Translations under genes and position numbers: made by a program
NCBI GenBank assembly: GCA_965178125.1
Contig: CBCXTV010000012.1
Location: forward strand, 1 to 35,300
Length of the DNA: 35,300 nt
Reading direction: 5' to 3'
Source of the DNA: Bilabrum cf. latius
Taxonomy: Eukaryota
Notes under the pieces: generated by a model
Told to the model about the DNA's origin: nothing
The model's input: only the letters and a program-made list of their open reading frames with translations
Database searches by the model: none
Shown here: one piece after another, positions 32,237-35,300 of the stretch
Numbering within the stretch: position 1 is the stretch's first letter
Layout: the number at the start of each line of letters is the position of its first letter

Positions 32237-35200
32237 TCGCGCCACACATGCCGCTGGTGTAGCAGGCATGCGCGTTGGACACATGCCTCCGGCGCCGCAC
32301 GGCTTGATCTGGGAGCGGTTGCTCGAGGCCACCATGCCGGCTCCAGTGGAGGAGGACTCGCGCGGCTGCTCTCCCCCACGTTTCGCGCCGCCTTCGCCGC
32401 AGCGCTGGGCGCCGAAACCGCTGGCGCCACATCTACGCGACGACGCTGGCCATGGAACCTCTGCAAGGAAAGAAGGAAACGGCGTTTTCGGCACTTGGAC
32501 TCTGCGAGCCAGGCGCCGTTCACAGTTACGGCCCCGGTGCATGAAACGAGGCTGGAGCTCTTGGCCACTTTGGGCCAAGGATTGGCTATGAGGGTTGGGT
32601 GCAAGGGTCCTCGTGCCGCTCTGGCTTTCGTTGCCGCGAAGTGGTCGAAAAGCGGCCGTTTTCGGGAGCGGACTGGCGCCTCGCGACCTGTGGGACCTAT
32701 GGCTCCGGTACGAGAAAACGGACGGGAAGCGAACGACAGCACCTGGGCAGGGTGGCGGGGCACGGACTGCAAACGGACCGGGAAACGAGCGGCAGGACCA
32801 GCAAGGCGGAGAGGGGCAGGATGCGGACTGGCCATGGAACCTCTGCAAGGAAAGAAGGAACGGCGCTTTCGCCACTAGGACCCCCCCTGCCCACCGGAAG
32901 GAATTGGTCTTCTTCGCCACCCACCGATGCTAGCCTCCCAAGCATTCCCGCAGCTGGCCCATATAATACAACGTCATCGCCGAGCTGGGGAAGACCAAGC
33001 AGAAAGTGTTCTGCGAAAGGTTCTAGTTCAGCCGGCGGCCGCCGAGGGCAGTGAGTGAGCCACGCCGGCCGGCATGCTCGCGGCGATTCTACTTCTGTAC
33101 GACTTTCCGCGGCTCGTCTAGAGGCGGACGGACCACTTGAGCTCTCAAGGCGGACTCCGAAAGCTCTTTCGAACAGCGATCCAGGAATACCTCGCACAGC
33201 GGGCTCACTTGGATCGCCCTGCCGCAGGTCACACACGGTTTGACGCTTGACCGGCGAGCTCTACGGCGCCTTCCGACGAGTCGGAATTCCTCCTCGTTTA
33301 GGTAGTATACGAGAGCCGAGTGACGCGGAGAGCAGGTGGAAAAAAAAAAAACGCACTGGTGAATGGTAGGTCTGGGGCTGGGCATCGCCGGACCGCGGTC
33401 CGGGCTCTGGCGCGGACCAGCACTCCTCCCCCCGCGGCCAAGCGCTCGCGGACCCGCATGCTGCTCGGACCTTTCCTTCCATGCCTGTTGGCGTCCCCCC
33501 TTTCGAGCACACCTTTCGGGGCGAAAACGCGGCCGGCGAAGCGTCCCCACGAACTGTTGGCGATCCCCTCTTTCGAGCACACCTTTCGGGACCAAAATCC
33601 GGCCCCGAAAACAAGCCCGCCCAAGGGCGCTTTGCGTCACGCTACTGTGGGGTCCTCGAGGGGCCCAAAAAACGAACCGGGGACGGGACCCGAAAAGGGT
33701 CGCGACCGGGGCCCCTTTTCAGGGGCCGTGGTCTCATGAGAGCTAGACTGATGTTCACCTGGAGGTGAGGCCCTGCCTCGGCCCGACAAGCGAAGCGCTC
33801 CGTCTCCCCGCTCCACCCGGGTCGGCCCATGCGGAATCCGGCGGCCGTGGCAGTTGGCGGTAGTCAGTGACCCAGGATGGGCCTCGAGATGGGGCCGGCG
33901 AAGCGCTCGCCCTGTGGTCCCTGCGATAGGAAGAGCTGGGAATGGCGCCTCTTCTTTCCCTGCGTCTGCTGAGAACCTGCGGCTGCAAGCAGCGTCGCGG
34001 GCTGCGGGGCTGCTTGACGCAGCCCCTGTCGCGCTGCTGGGGCCCAGCGTCCGGGACTCAGAGCCGGCGCCTGCGGCTGGGGCTGGTGCTGCGGTGCTGC
34101 TGCACGCAGCCTCTGTGGCCCTGCCATGGCCCAACGCCAGCGGCTCAGTCGGCTGAGGCTGCTTCTGTGGCGCATCGACCTTCTTCGGCAAGCCCCATTT
34201 CTTCACATAGCTCCAAGCCCGAAAGTCCGCGTCCGTCCACAAGCCCTCCTTCCAAGTCCGCCAATCATTGCCGTCCCACTTCTGGGCGCGGCGCCAAGCT
34301 GCCTCCCACTCCTCCTTCTCTTGTGGGGTCCAGTCGCGCTCAGCCGCTGCAACGCCCTCGCCGCGGTGGCCTTCATCGACGCGGCCCGTCGTGCTCCCCT
34401 CGAGCCGAGTGACGCGGAGGCCCATCCTCGCCAAGTGAGCGCCCAAGTCGTCATCACCTTGAGGCATGGCTCGGGTGTCCAATGGCCCCGGGGCTAAGCG
34501 CTCCCGGTTCACCGGGCCACGCGCTCGCGGCGCTGCCGGGGCCAAGCGCTCCCGGCTTCACTGTCGCCTTCTCGGGCCCCCGCACCCCCGCGCCACTTCC
34601 CACCCGCCCCAGCGCTCCCACCCCAAGAAGGCCCTCCGCCCGTCCCGCCCTGTTCCCGGATTCCCCCCCGCTCCACCGCCCGCCCGGCCCGGCCCGAGGG
34701 AACGGACCCACCCAAGACATATGGACGACAACAACATGAACCTGCACTGGCCGCCCTTCGATGACCTTCAACGTCGACTGCGGGTTGAACCTCGCCGGGG
34801 CGCTGTTCAACTGCGTCCGCGCGTACTCCGCCGCGAAGAACTGCAGGTCATCATGGATCTTCTTCGCCGCCGGGCTCGTCGGGTCCAATGCTTCCCCCAT
34901 CAGCTTCTGCCACTCCTGCTCAGTGTAGGCCTCGGCGCCGCCGGACTGGTAGTTCGTGACTTCGTGCACGAACGCCATCCTCGTCTCCTTCTCCGCCTCC
35001 TCCCATCGCTTCTGGCGCTCGTCCGTCGTGAGGAGGTTCTCCTTCTGGTGCCGGCCTTTCACCAGCTTCAGCCAGTCGTCGCCGGACCCGCCGGACGCCA
35101 TGGCGGGGCGCGCTCGCGCCCCAAGGGGTCGACTGGCGGCTAAGCGCTCGCCGTGCCGACTTTCCTTGTCATGCAAGATGCCCGGGAAGCCCCCGGCATG

Positions 35201-35300
35201 GACGGCAAAGCGCTCGCCCTGTGCCGGGGTGATCTCCGTCCCTGAGATCATGGCCAGAGGACACCCTTCTGCTTCAAATTCACTTCGCGCAAGCGTGCCC

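Overview
Very GC-rich eukaryotic-type DNA. Predicted GC-AG introns with AG|G junctions and all recognisable genes on one strand suggest a dinoflagellate-like host, but this is inference. The window is part of a head-to-tail array of a ~21.4 kb unit (the unit start recurs at 348 and 21764). It holds the internally deleted end of one copy (1-347), one complete copy (348-21763) and a rearranged partial copy (21764-35300). The complete copy carries these minus-strand genes: (i) an uninterrupted geminivirus/genomovirus-type rolling-circle Rep (HUH endonuclease + SF3 helicase, 16180-14381), with an iteron/stem-loop origin candidate just upstream; (ii) a two-exon pogo/Tc5-type DD35D transposase (20037-18037); (iii) a small basic coiled-coil protein; (iv) a multi-exon GT25-like glycosyltransferase; (v) several small unknown ORFs separated by shared non-coding modules. 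The unit is saturated with a strand-polarised AAGCGCTC motif. I could not identify a capsid gene or terminal inverted repeats. The best reading is a large virus-like mobile element that combines rolling-circle replication with a DDE integrase. Most ORFs in the six-frame track are GC-driven shadow frames, and many copy-to-copy indels may be sequencing errors.
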